33,966 bases of DNA from Planctomycetota bacterium. Lineage in GTDB: Bacteria; Planctomycetota; UBA8108; SXIK01. Shown piece by piece: positions 7,754 through 16,055 of this stretch (within the stretch, counting starts at the first letter, position 1; every line of letters starts with the position of its first letter). The stretch is from assembly GCA_016209535.1 (NCBI GenBank), contig JACQVW010000030.1, positions 1 through 33,966 on the forward strand. Direction: 5' to 3'. The notes beneath the pieces were generated by a model, which ran no database searches, was not told the DNA's origin, and was given only the letters and a program-made list of their open reading frames with translations. The position numbers were made by a program, and so were the translations under genes.

Positions 7754-7798
7754 CTGGATTATGCCGTTGACACATAATGTCGGCGTTGCATAATCCAG
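7754..7798 (+). promoter_or_regulatory. AT-rich promoter TTGACA-N16-CATAAT (7767-7794) embedded in a perfect 10-bp inverted repeat CTGGATTATG…CATAATCCAG (7754-7763 and 7789-7798). This is a candidate operator.
   Basis: It has a near-consensus -35/-10 with 16-nt spacing. The -10 lies inside the right IR arm. A GAGGAG SD at 7803-7808 is followed by a TTG start at 7815. This is a striking AT island in GC-rich DNA. Confidence 0.5.
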
Positions 7799-7814
7799 GG
7801 AAGAGGAGCGCGAC

Positions 7815-9197
7815 TTGAGACTACCTTTCCTTGACCGCCGCCTCGAGCTGGAGGCTCTCCGGCGCGGGATCTCGGCACCGGGTGGAGGCCTTGTGGTCCT
7901 GTACGGCCGGAGGCGCTGCGGGAAGTCGAGGCTCTTGCTCGAGGCGCTCAAGGGGCACCCTACCGCCTACTATGTCGGGGATGAGCGAGAGGGCAGCACG
8001 CAGAGGCGAAGCCTCAGCCGCGCCATATCGAGCCTCATCCCGGGCTTCGACCGGGTGATGTACTCGGACTGGGAGGCGCTCCTCGACCGCTGGGCAAGGG
8101 AGGCCCCGGCGGACGCGATCCTGGCCTTGGACGAGTTCCAGTACATGGCTGCTTGCTCGCCCGAGCTCGCGAGCCTCCTCCAGAAACAGGTGGATGCGCC
8201 ACGGGAGAAGCCCTTCCGCGTGGTCCTCTGCGGCTCGTCGCAGCGCATGATGCACGGCCTTGTCCTCGACGCTTCGGCGCCTCTATACGGAAGGGCGCGG
8301 GAGATCATCAAAATCGGGCCCTTGGCCCCTGGCTGGATCCGTGATGCTTTCCCATCGTGGAGCACACAGCAGCTCCTCCATGCCTACGCCGCCTGGGGAG
8401 GTGTCCCCCGTTACTGGGAGCTCGCCGCGCAGTTCAAGTCCACCGGCGAGGCCCTTCACCGGATGCTTCTCGATCCTCTGGGCGTCCTCCGAGATGAGCC
8501 TTCGAGGCTGCTCCTGGACGACAAGAAAGAGATCGCCCAAGCGTCCTCGATCCTCAGCTTGATCGGTGAGGGCTGCCACAAGCTCTCCGAGATCGCAGGG
8601 AGGCTCGGGAGGCCGGCGACCTCGCTGTCGCGGCCCCTGGCCAGGCTCGCGGACCTAGGCCTCGTCAAGAGGGAAGTCCCCTTCGGGACCTCCGAGAAGG
8701 AGAGCAGGCGCTCCCTCTACAGGATCGCCGATCCCTTCCTCTCCTTCTGGTTCCGGTTCGTGGATCCCAAGCGTGCGTTGATCGAAGCGCGCCAGGAGGG
8801 AGCGCTCGATGAGGATCTCCGGCGCTTCTTCCCGTCGCATCTGGGCGAGGTCTGGGAAGAGCTTTCGCGGGCGAGCGTGTCCCGACTCACGATCGGAAGG
8901 ACGCGGTGGCGGCCGGCTGCACGCTGGTGGGGCCCCGGGCTCGACCGCCAGCCTCTCGAGTTGGACATCGTCGCGCTCTCCGAGGACGGGTCCCGCTACC
9001 TCGCCGGGGAAGCCAAGCTTCAGGTCAGGGCGAGGGAGTGGCCAACCGTTGTCTCGAAGCTCAAGTCGAGGATCGCGCGCTGTCCGGTCCTCGACGGAAA
9101 GCAGGTCGTATCCGCAATCTGGTGCGCGAGCGGGCGGGGCCGCCGGCGCGACGTCCCCACGGTGAGCGTGGCGGACGTGCTCGCGGCGCTGAAGTGA
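7815..9197 (+). CDS. AAA+ ATPase of the Arch_ATPase (PF01637) + DUF234 family
   Basis: TTG start. Walker A is LYGRRRCGKSRLL and Walker B-like is AILALDEFQ. The C-terminal region is DUF234-type (…YRIADPFLSFWFRFV…). It is a paralog of the gene at 22697-24145. Confidence 0.9.
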   Translation: MRLPFLDRRLELEALRRGISAPGGGLVVLYGRRRCGKSRLLLEALKGHPTAYYVGDEREGSTQRRSLSRAISSLIPGFDRVMYSDWEALLDRWAREAPADAILALDEFQYMAACSPELASLLQKQVDAPREKPFRVVLCGSSQRMMHGLVLDASAPLYGRAREIIKIGPLAPGWIRDAFPSWSTQQLLHAYAAWGGVPRYWELAAQFKSTGEALHRMLLDPLGVLRDEPSRLLLDDKKEIAQASSILSLIGEGCHKLSEIAGRLGRPATSLSRPLARLADLGLVKREVPFGTSEKESRRSLYRIADPFLSFWFRFVDPKRALIEARQEGALDEDLRRFFPSHLGEVWEELSRASVSRLTIGRTRWRPAARWWGPGLDRQPLELDIVALSEDGSRYLAGEAKLQVRAREWPTVVSKLKSRIARCPVLDGKQVVSAIWCASGRGRRRDVPTVSVADVLAALK

Positions 9198-9203
9198 TCG
9201 CCA

Positions 9204-9977
9204 CTACCCCGCGCACCCCGCCGCGCCCTCGCACGCCGCGAGCCCGTCCGGCGTCGGGTCCGCGCCGCATTCGCTCGGGCCGGGCGCGGGCGGCTCGGGG
9301 CCTCCCGTGAAGAGCCAGGCGAGGAGCGCGATGCCGTCCGACATGTCGATCGCGCCGTCATCGTTCGCGTCGGCGGCGTCGGGGCAAGTCGGCCCGCGGC
9401 CCGCGGCGAAGAGGAAGATGAAGACGCTCACGGCGTCCGAGATCTCGATCTCGCCGTCCTGGTTCGCGTCGCCGCGCCGGAGCTTCGCCGGCGGCTGGCT
9501 GCTCGGCACGAGTCGCACGTCGGCGCACGAGAAGTAGAGCCTCGGCGACGACGGGATCTCGGTCATGACCTGGATGAGCTGCAGCGTGCACGCGTCGCAA
9601 GGAGCGTCCGGCAGCTTGACCGTCGCCGTGTAGCGCACCGTGCCCTCGCCGGGCGGTGGCTTCTCGTCGGGGATGCCGTCGAGGAGGGGAAAGAAGCCCC
9701 GGTCGCCGCCCATCGAGAAGAGGAGGCGGTAGTAGCCGGGGTGGTCGACGTACTCGTCCCAGACCACCTCGAGGTCCTGGCCCGCCTCGAGGACCAAAGG
9801 CTCGTCCCCGCGAGGCAGCCCCCCGCAGGGCCCCGTCTTCGAGGTGAGGCTCGAGCGCGGGACAGGGAAGAGCAGCACCGCATGGGCCTCGAGGAGGGCC
9901 GGGGCGAGACCGAGGGCCAAGGCGAGGCCGAGGCCGAGGAGCGCGTGGGACGCGAGGGACGCTGGGGGCCGGCGCAT
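9204..9977 (-). CDS. secreted minimal AA10-like LPMO-like (histidine-brace candidate) protein with the dockerin-like/tri-Cys C-terminal module
   Basis: The signal peptide is …LGLAPALLEA|HAVLLFPVPRS, so His would be residue 1 after cleavage. H1-P7-R10 spacing matches AA10 'HGY..xPxSR'. GPCGG…DEP, LEVVWDEYVDHPGYYRLLFS and LYFSCADVRL resemble AA10 core motifs. The C-terminus is GDANQDGEIEISDAVSVFIFLF…DANDDGAIDMSDGIALLAWLF…SECGADPTPDGLAACEGAAGCAG. Confidence 0.75.
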   Translation of the reverse strand: MRRPPASLASHALLGLGLALALGLAPALLEAHAVLLFPVPRSSLTSKTGPCGGLPRGDEPLVLEAGQDLEVVWDEYVDHPGYYRLLFSMGGDRGFFPLLDGIPDEKPPPGEGTVRYTATVKLPDAPCDACTLQLIQVMTEIPSSPRLYFSCADVRLVPSSQPPAKLRRGDANQDGEIEISDAVSVFIFLFAAGRGPTCPDAADANDDGAIDMSDGIALLAWLFTGGPEPPAPGPSECGADPTPDGLAACEGAAGCAG

Positions 9978-9980
9978 GGG

Positions 9981-12900
9981 CTATCGACAGGCCGTCGGAC
10001 AGCCCTGGACCCTCACGCAGCTCGTGCCCCGCGAGGGCACGGGGCCGCCGCGGAAGAGGAAGTTGAGGAGGTAGACCGCGTCCGAGACGTTCACGCTCTC
10101 GTCGCCGTTCAGGTCCAGGATCGTCTTGTTGCCGCCGTCCGTCACCGACGTGCCCTCGCAAGGAAGAGGCTTCGATGCCCCGAGGAAGAGGCGCAAGAGG
10201 AGCGAGAGGCCGTCCGACACGTCCAGCACGCCGTCCTGGTTCGAGTCGCCGGGGAGCTGGAGGCCGCCCGAGTTGGGAGCGCCGTCGTCGGAGCCCGGCG
10301 AGCCGCCCTCGAAGTTGCTCGTGCGCCAGCTTTCCTTCAGACCCCAGCTCGAAAGCTCCGCGCCGGGGTCGACGATGGTCAAGGACATGCCGAGGCCGTC
10401 CGTCTCCGGGTACCAGAGGTCGTCGTAGGCGAAGGCGAGGATCGGCTCCTTGAAGGGGCCCTCGAGGACGATCTCCTCGCCGGCGTTCGAGAGGTTCCCG
10501 TCGTAGGCGCCGGCGACGAGGATCCCCGCTGTCCCGTAGAGGAGCTCGAAGGCGGCCGGGTCCTTCACGAGGACCACGTACCCGCCGGGGGCGAGCGCCG
10601 TCCCGGGCCCGAAGACGAACGAGACCGACCCGCTCAGGCGGAAGCCCTCGAGGTCCAGGGGCTGGGAGCCCACGTTCTGGAGCTCGATGAACTCGAAGTC
10701 CTGGGAGCCGTAGGTGCTGTCGGGCAGCGGGTTCACGGGGTGGTACATGATCTCGCTCACGACGAGGGGCGGCGTCGCGACGACGAACGTCGCGTCCGTG
10801 GGCCCGCTCCAGTTGCTCGTGCTGATCCGGGCCCTGGCGATGACGCGCGTGTTCTCGTCGAGGACGATGGCGCCCGAGTACTGGGCCGCCGTCGGTCCCA
10901 TCGCCCCCCCGGGAGCGCGCGGGTCCCTGCCGTCGAGGGTGTAGAAGATCGTGCCCGCGGGAGCGCTGATCGCGAGGTTGAACCCCGGCGCGATGGGCCC
11001 GCCGTTCCGGGTGAACGACGGGGCGACGGGGTAAAGCCCATCCCACCACACGAGGCGGTCCTGCACCCAGTCCGTCATGAAGTTGAGCTCGTCCTGGTAA
11101 GTCTGGCCGATGTACCAGTTCGGCCACACGCGGGTCCCGAGGGTCCGCCAGCGCTGGAAGTTCCTCTGCTGCGATTCGTCGAGGAGGACCGCGGCCTCAT
11201 CGATGTCGTTGAGGAGGATGCTCGTCTGGAAGGGCCCGCGGCGAAGCACGGTCCACCGGTCGCGGTACTTCTGGACGAACTCGGGGTCCTGGAAAAGGCG
11301 GCCGTACCAGGGATAGTCGCCCGCCGAGAGCTGCGGGTAGTAGAAGCCCGTGGCGATCCAGCCCTGGAGGTAGTCCGCGTTGCCCAGCGAGAGGTTGTAG
11401 TCCCAGATCGGGCCCATGTTGAGCTTGCCGCCGCGGTCCTTGTACATGAACGTGCTCAGGCGGAAGCCGTCGATGTTCTTCGTGACCTCCACCAGGATGT
11501 GGTGATCGATGAAGGAGTCGACGTCGATGTACTTCGCGTAGCCGTTCACGGGGTCCTTGAAGTTGGTCCCGTAGAGCACCGACTCGAACTCATCCAGGTA
11601 CGCCTTGATCCAGGCCCTCTGGGCCGGCGTGATGAATTCCTCCTTGGGGTCCACATAGCCGAGCCTGTGCCCCTGGCTCGTGGTCATGCCGCCGTCGCCG
11701 GGGTCGAGGCGGTCCTTCTTCAAGATGTAGCCGCCCGTGATGTCGGGCTCCGCCGAGTCCGAGGCATCCAGGTTCTTGATGTCGACCCGGTCGTCCCCTC
11801 GCTTGATCTTCTCCATGAAGACGTAGACGCCGATGTAGTCCCCCGAGTCGATGTTGCCGCCTCCCGAGTTCAGGTACATCTCGACGAACTTCGTGTGGGT
11901 GGCCCAGCGGCCGATCCGGTTCGACCAGGTGTAGGAGAGGTGGTTCCGCATGAGGGTCTTGTCGGAGTACGGCCCGTGGAGGATCCAGTCGGAGTCCTCG
12001 GGCATGCCGAGGAAGGAGACGTCCATGTCGCTCCCCAGCGCATCGCGGACCTCGAAGGCGTAGTTGTTCTTGGGAAAGCCCAGGGAGCTCGAGCCCCGCT
12101 TCTTGATCGCCGTGGTCCCCGTGAAGGTCGGGGTCCCGGTCATGGAGGTCCTCCCGGTCGCCCCGGGCTCGAGCATGGCCGAGAAGGAGCTCGTCCAGAC
12201 GGCGTCGTTGATGCCCTGACCGAAGGTCTCGACGACGAGGACCGGCAGGTTCGACGTGAAGGTGCGGACGTTGGTCGCGAGCATGAGGTACGACTGGACC
12301 ACGGTGGGGCTCGGCGCGAAGCCCGCCTCGAAGGCCTTCGCGCGGACCATGGTCGTGCCCGCGATCGAGATCGGCGCGGAGTAGAGCGTGGAAGCCTCGG
12401 TGGGCTCCGAGCCGTTCGTGGTGTAGCGGATCGCGGCGCCCGGCGTCGGCGAGGTGAGGGTCAAGCTGAAGCTCGCCGTGATCATGCCGCTCGATTTCGA
12501 GAACTGGGGGCGGGTCGAGACGCCCGGGTAGCCCGCCAGGTTGCCCAGGCGCGGCGTGGGCTTCGTGAAGAAGTGCCTCGTGCTCCGGTCCAGGGTGCCC
12601 GAGGCCGAGGCGTCGAGCTCGGGGAGGACGAGGAAGTCGGAGCTCGTGGCGTTCGCGTTGAGCCCGTGGACCGCGAGCACGTTCTGCCCGCTCCGGAGGC
12701 GCCCCACCTCGCTCGAGATGTTGACCTCCTCGAAGATCACGGCGAGCGCGTCGTCGTGCTGCGCCGTGGCCGCGGAGCTCCAGGCCGGGGCTGCGGGCGC
12801 GTTCCGCTCGGCGACCTTCGTGCCGTTCAGGTAGGCGATGTACCCGTCGTCGTACTTGGTGTGCAGGAAGAGCCCCGTGTACTGGGAGGGGTCCGTGACG

Positions 12901-13589
12901 CTGAAGGGGACCCGGAGGTACGCCGTGGTCGCCACACCGTCCATCTGCGACCGGACATCGAGCTCGATGAGGCTCGTGTAGTCGGGGTTCCGGTCGTAGC
13001 CGAGGCCCGTCGAGCCCGAGAGCCAGCCCGAGTCGGAGAACGAGACCTGCGTCCAGGTCGTCCCGAGGGACCCGTCCTGCGGCACCAGGGCCTTCGCCGC
13101 GGCGCCCGAGACGACGAGGTTCGTGAGGGTGGCCTCCTGCTTGAGGCCGTAGGACATGTCTTCGATCTGAGGCGGGTACGGCGCGTACTCGTAGACCACG
13201 GTGACCCCATCGGGCTTGACGAGAGCGAGGTACCCGCCCGCCGCGTCGAGCTTGAAGCCCGTGTGGAGCGTCCCCGCCGGGTCTCTGCGGTCCTTGCCCG
13301 AGGCGAAGACCACGATGAAGTTGTCGGCCGGCAGGCTGACCGACGGGAAGCGCCACTTCGTGGGGTTCGCCGCGTCGTCGGTGAGGCACCACCCGCTCAG
13401 GTTCGCGCTCGTCGTCCCGGCGTTGTAGACCTCGATCCAGTCCGAGTCGTCCCCGTCCTCGTCGGTGAGCACTGTCTCGTTCGCCGCCATCAGCTCGGTG
13501 ATCACGAGGTCCTGGGCTCGGGAGCCGGCCGAGAGCCCCAGGAGGAGGCAGAGGGACGCGGCGCCGGTGTGGTGCGTGCTGGACTTCAT
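9981..13589 (-). CDS. secreted CotH-family (atypical kinase-like) protein with N- and C-terminal lamin-tail domains, a chitobiase-C-like Fn3 domain and the dockerin-like/tri-Cys C-terminal module. 1202 aa. An alternative upstream start at 13649 is in frame.
   Basis: Signal peptide is MKSSTHHTGAASLCLLLGLSAGSRAQD. The LTD is ITELMAANE…DWIEVYN…LSGW.L. CotH core motifs are …YAFEVRDALG…WILHGPYSDKTLMRNHLSYTWSN…YIGVYVFMEKIKR…GGYILKKD…DHHILVEVTKNIDGFR…. A second LTD is VVSEIMYHP…FEFIELQN. The stop is 3 nt from the start of the 9204-9977 gene, so they form an operon. Confidence 0.9.
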   Translation of the reverse strand: MKSSTHHTGAASLCLLLGLSAGSRAQDLVITELMAANETVLTDEDGDDSDWIEVYNAGTTSANLSGWCLTDDAANPTKWRFPSVSLPADNFIVVFASGKDRRDPAGTLHTGFKLDAAGGYLALVKPDGVTVVYEYAPYPPQIEDMSYGLKQEATLTNLVVSGAAAKALVPQDGSLGTTWTQVSFSDSGWLSGSTGLGYDRNPDYTSLIELDVRSQMDGVATTAYLRVPFSVTDPSQYTGLFLHTKYDDGYIAYLNGTKVAERNAPAAPAWSSAATAQHDDALAVIFEEVNISSEVGRLRSGQNVLAVHGLNANATSSDFLVLPELDASASGTLDRSTRHFFTKPTPRLGNLAGYPGVSTRPQFSKSSGMITASFSLTLTSPTPGAAIRYTTNGSEPTEASTLYSAPISIAGTTMVRAKAFEAGFAPSPTVVQSYLMLATNVRTFTSNLPVLVVETFGQGINDAVWTSSFSAMLEPGATGRTSMTGTPTFTGTTAIKKRGSSSLGFPKNNYAFEVRDALGSDMDVSFLGMPEDSDWILHGPYSDKTLMRNHLSYTWSNRIGRWATHTKFVEMYLNSGGGNIDSGDYIGVYVFMEKIKRGDDRVDIKNLDASDSAEPDITGGYILKKDRLDPGDGGMTTSQGHRLGYVDPKEEFITPAQRAWIKAYLDEFESVLYGTNFKDPVNGYAKYIDVDSFIDHHILVEVTKNIDGFRLSTFMYKDRGGKLNMGPIWDYNLSLGNADYLQGWIATGFYYPQLSAGDYPWYGRLFQDPEFVQKYRDRWTVLRRGPFQTSILLNDIDEAAVLLDESQQRNFQRWRTLGTRVWPNWYIGQTYQDELNFMTDWVQDRLVWWDGLYPVAPSFTRNGGPIAPGFNLAISAPAGTIFYTLDGRDPRAPGGAMGPTAAQYSGAIVLDENTRVIARARISTSNWSGPTDATFVVATPPLVVSEIMYHPVNPLPDSTYGSQDFEFIELQNVGSQPLDLEGFRLSGSVSFVFGPGTALAPGGYVVLVKDPAAFELLYGTAGILVAGAYDGNLSNAGEEIVLEGPFKEPILAFAYDDLWYPETDGLGMSLTIVDPGAELSSWGLKESWRTSNFEGGSPGSDDGAPNSGGLQLPGDSNQDGVLDVSDGLSLLLRLFLGASKPLPCEGTSVTDGGNKTILDLNGDESVNVSDAVYLLNFLFRGGPVPSRGTSCVRVQGCPTACR

Positions 13590-14009
13590 GCGTAGGTAGT
13601 GCTCTTTTTGTGGTTCGCGGACAGACCCTGCGTCGATGGACGCACCCAATGGTAGCCGCTGGGTTTGCGGGAAGACAACTGGGTTTTCGAGGGGCGGCCG
13701 GCGCGAAGCTCATGGCCGAGTCCCCCCCCGGCGTCGCCGCAGCGAGGCCTACCGCCGTCCTTTGCTGTGACCTCGGCGAAACACGGCCACCGGCCCCCCC
13801 CTTGCGATCGGCGGGTCACAGGATACCGTGTGATGAAGGCCATGGATCCTACGCTCGTACTGATCCGCCCGGCGTCCGCCGGACGGAGTCGCCAGGGGAG
13901 TGAGCACCTTCGTGACGCTCCGCTCGACGGCGCCAGGGGCTGCCGCCAAGCTCCCGAGCGGCCGCAGCGTCAGGACGGTTGCCGGAGGCGTGCACTGGCG
14001 CGGCCCCCC

Positions 14010-15953
14010 TCACGGGTGCTCCTTCCCCTTCCGCAAGGGCTCGACGCGCCAGGCGGCCTCGGGGCCGAAGCGGAGCTTGCGGCCGGAGTGCCCCGCGTGC
14101 TTGTCGCCGTAGAGAGCGCGTACGGTCCAGGTCTGGAGCAGGACGGCGAGGACCGCCGCAGCGCAGCCGGCGCAGGCCGCGCGGGTGATGAGGCGCGCTG
14201 CGCCGCGGGGATCCGGCAGCACCGCGGGAGCCCCATCGCCGGGACGCGGCAGGGCGAGGACGAGCACGGTGACGAGCGCCGCGTTCACGGCGATGACCCC
14301 CTCCGTGAGGAGCCGCCCCTCGCCGAAGCCGGCGAGGGCCCGCTCGAAGTTCCCGGAGACCATCCACCAGAGAAAGAGCACGTAGAGGAGCTGGCCCCGC
14401 CCCAGGGCCGTCTCCGGCGCCACCGCGAGCCGCCGCCGCGAGTGGAGGACGAGGAGGAGCACCGCCGCGGCGGCGATGAGCCCGTAGACGAGGTGGAACC
14501 AGGCCGAAGCCGAGAGGTCCACGCTCGCGAAGAGCGGCGCCCGCATGCGCGCGGGAACGGCGCGGGCCTCGACCCACGTCTCCACGTTCTTCACGAGGTT
14601 CAGGTACGTCACGCCGAGGAGGACGAAGGCCACGGAGAAGCCCTCGTACCACCGTGGCCGCTCGGGCACGGCGCCGGTGAGGCGCGGGAGGCGGGTCGCG
14701 AGGATCGCGAGGGCCACGGCGATCCCGAGGCCGTTCACGAGGCCGTAGCTCTGCTCGAGGAAGCTGTGCCAGTTCGCCGACTGCCAGTGAGCCCAGGCGG
14801 CGACCTCCGCGGGGTCTGCGCCGCGGGCGGGATTGCCCGGAGCCACGAGGACGAGCTTGAGCCACGCCGCGCCCGAGAAGCCCAGCCCCCCGGCGGCGCC
14901 GCTCACGAGGGAGGCGAGGACCACGGGCGCGAAGCCGCTCCGCGCGAGCCAGAGGGTCGCTCCGCCGCAGACGCCGAGGATCCCCGCCCAGTCGTCGCCG
15001 CGGGGCGGCGTCATGCGGGCGCCGAGGAGGACGGGGAGGAGGAGGAAGCCCGCCCACCAGCCGAGCGCCATGTGGAGGAGGAGGGAGGAGCCCGCCCGGA
15101 AGCGTCCCCAGCGAAAGAAGTACGCACCCGCGCCGGCCGCGAGGCCCAGGGCCCAGCCGAGGTGCCGCGACGCGAGGGGCAGGAAGCCGGGCCAGTTCGT
15201 CAGCAGCTCGCCCCGCGCCCACATCGACGGGTCGCCCTCGAGGCGCACGAGCCAGCCCGCGACGGCCGCATCGAGGCCCGCGAGCTCCAGGAGCCACTGG
15301 AGCGCGAAGCCCGCGGCGGCCCCGGCGGCCGCGAGGAGCGCGAGGCGGTCGAGCCTCTCGAAGCGCCGGTCGGCGAGGTCGAAGAGGAGGAGGGCGGCGA
15401 CCGCCGAGAGGGCCGGGATCCAGTCCGCGTCGAACCAGTAGAGGAGGCTCTCGTGGCGCTGCGCGCCCACCGCGGCCCCCTCGAGGCCGCGCTCGACCGC
15501 GGGCAGCGCCAGGTCCACGGCGACCCACGCTCCGAGGACCCAGAGGAGCGGCCGGAAGAGCCCGCGCAGCCGCTCCTCATCCGCCGCGGCCGCGAACGCC
15601 GTGCCCGCCCCGCCGAGGGCCGCCCAGAGGAAACCGATCGCGAAGAGGCAGGCGAAGCCGTAGACCTGCGAGGGCAGGTGCCCCGAGTGGGTGTAGGCGA
15701 TGACCTGGCCGTAGGACATGGACCCGCCGAAGGCCCAGCCCAGCGCGCCGAGGAGGGCGAAGAAGGGCGCGCGGCGGCGCCAGTCCTCGCGCCCCGAGAA
15801 GAGGCACGCCGCGAGCGCCGCGAGCGCGCCGGGCACCATCGCGCCGTACTCGTGGCCGAAGTTGCCCCGGATGCCCCAGCCGATCGAGAGGCTGAGCGCG
15901 ACGGCGAGGAGGGCCGCCGGCCGGAGGAGCGCGGTGGATGGTGGCTTGTCCAT
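14010..15953 (-). CDS. Trp-rich polytopic integral membrane protein of unknown family, ~648 aa with >12 predicted TM segments. An alternative GTG start is at 15971.
   Basis: Hydrophobic segments recur throughout (LLAVALSLSIGWGI, FFALLGALGWAFGG, LLWVLGAWVAVDLAL …). The frame has a coherent, strongly hydrophobic amino-acid composition, unlike the overlapping shadow frames. Confidence 0.75.
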   Translation of the reverse strand: MDKPPSTALLRPAALLAVALSLSIGWGIRGNFGHEYGAMVPGALAALAACLFSGREDWRRRAPFFALLGALGWAFGGSMSYGQVIAYTHSGHLPSQVYGFACLFAIGFLWAALGGAGTAFAAAADEERLRGLFRPLLWVLGAWVAVDLALPAVERGLEGAAVGAQRHESLLYWFDADWIPALSAVAALLLFDLADRRFERLDRLALLAAAGAAAGFALQWLLELAGLDAAVAGWLVRLEGDPSMWARGELLTNWPGFLPLASRHLGWALGLAAGAGAYFFRWGRFRAGSSLLLHMALGWWAGFLLLPVLLGARMTPPRGDDWAGILGVCGGATLWLARSGFAPVVLASLVSGAAGGLGFSGAAWLKLVLVAPGNPARGADPAEVAAWAHWQSANWHSFLEQSYGLVNGLGIAVALAILATRLPRLTGAVPERPRWYEGFSVAFVLLGVTYLNLVKNVETWVEARAVPARMRAPLFASVDLSASAWFHLVYGLIAAAAVLLLVLHSRRRLAVAPETALGRGQLLYVLFLWWMVSGNFERALAGFGEGRLLTEGVIAVNAALVTVLVLALPRPGDGAPAVLPDPRGAARLITRAACAGCAAAVLAVLLQTWTVRALYGDKHAGHSGRKLRFGPEAAWRVEPLRKGKEHP

Positions 15954-16055
15954 GTGCCCGGGTTCGGGCACAGTGTACGCAAGACGGCGAGCCGTGAGAA
16001 TCCTCCACGACGAGAACCTGCCTTACATCGCCGCGCTGGAGCCGGGGGATCGGCC

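Noticed and set aside
13722-13801. Two C8 (G8 on the coding strand) homopolymers as phase-variation switches
   Set aside because: At ~35% C per position, 8-mers of C or G are expected about ten or more times in 34 kb by chance. They are mentioned only as a check within the leader-region finding.
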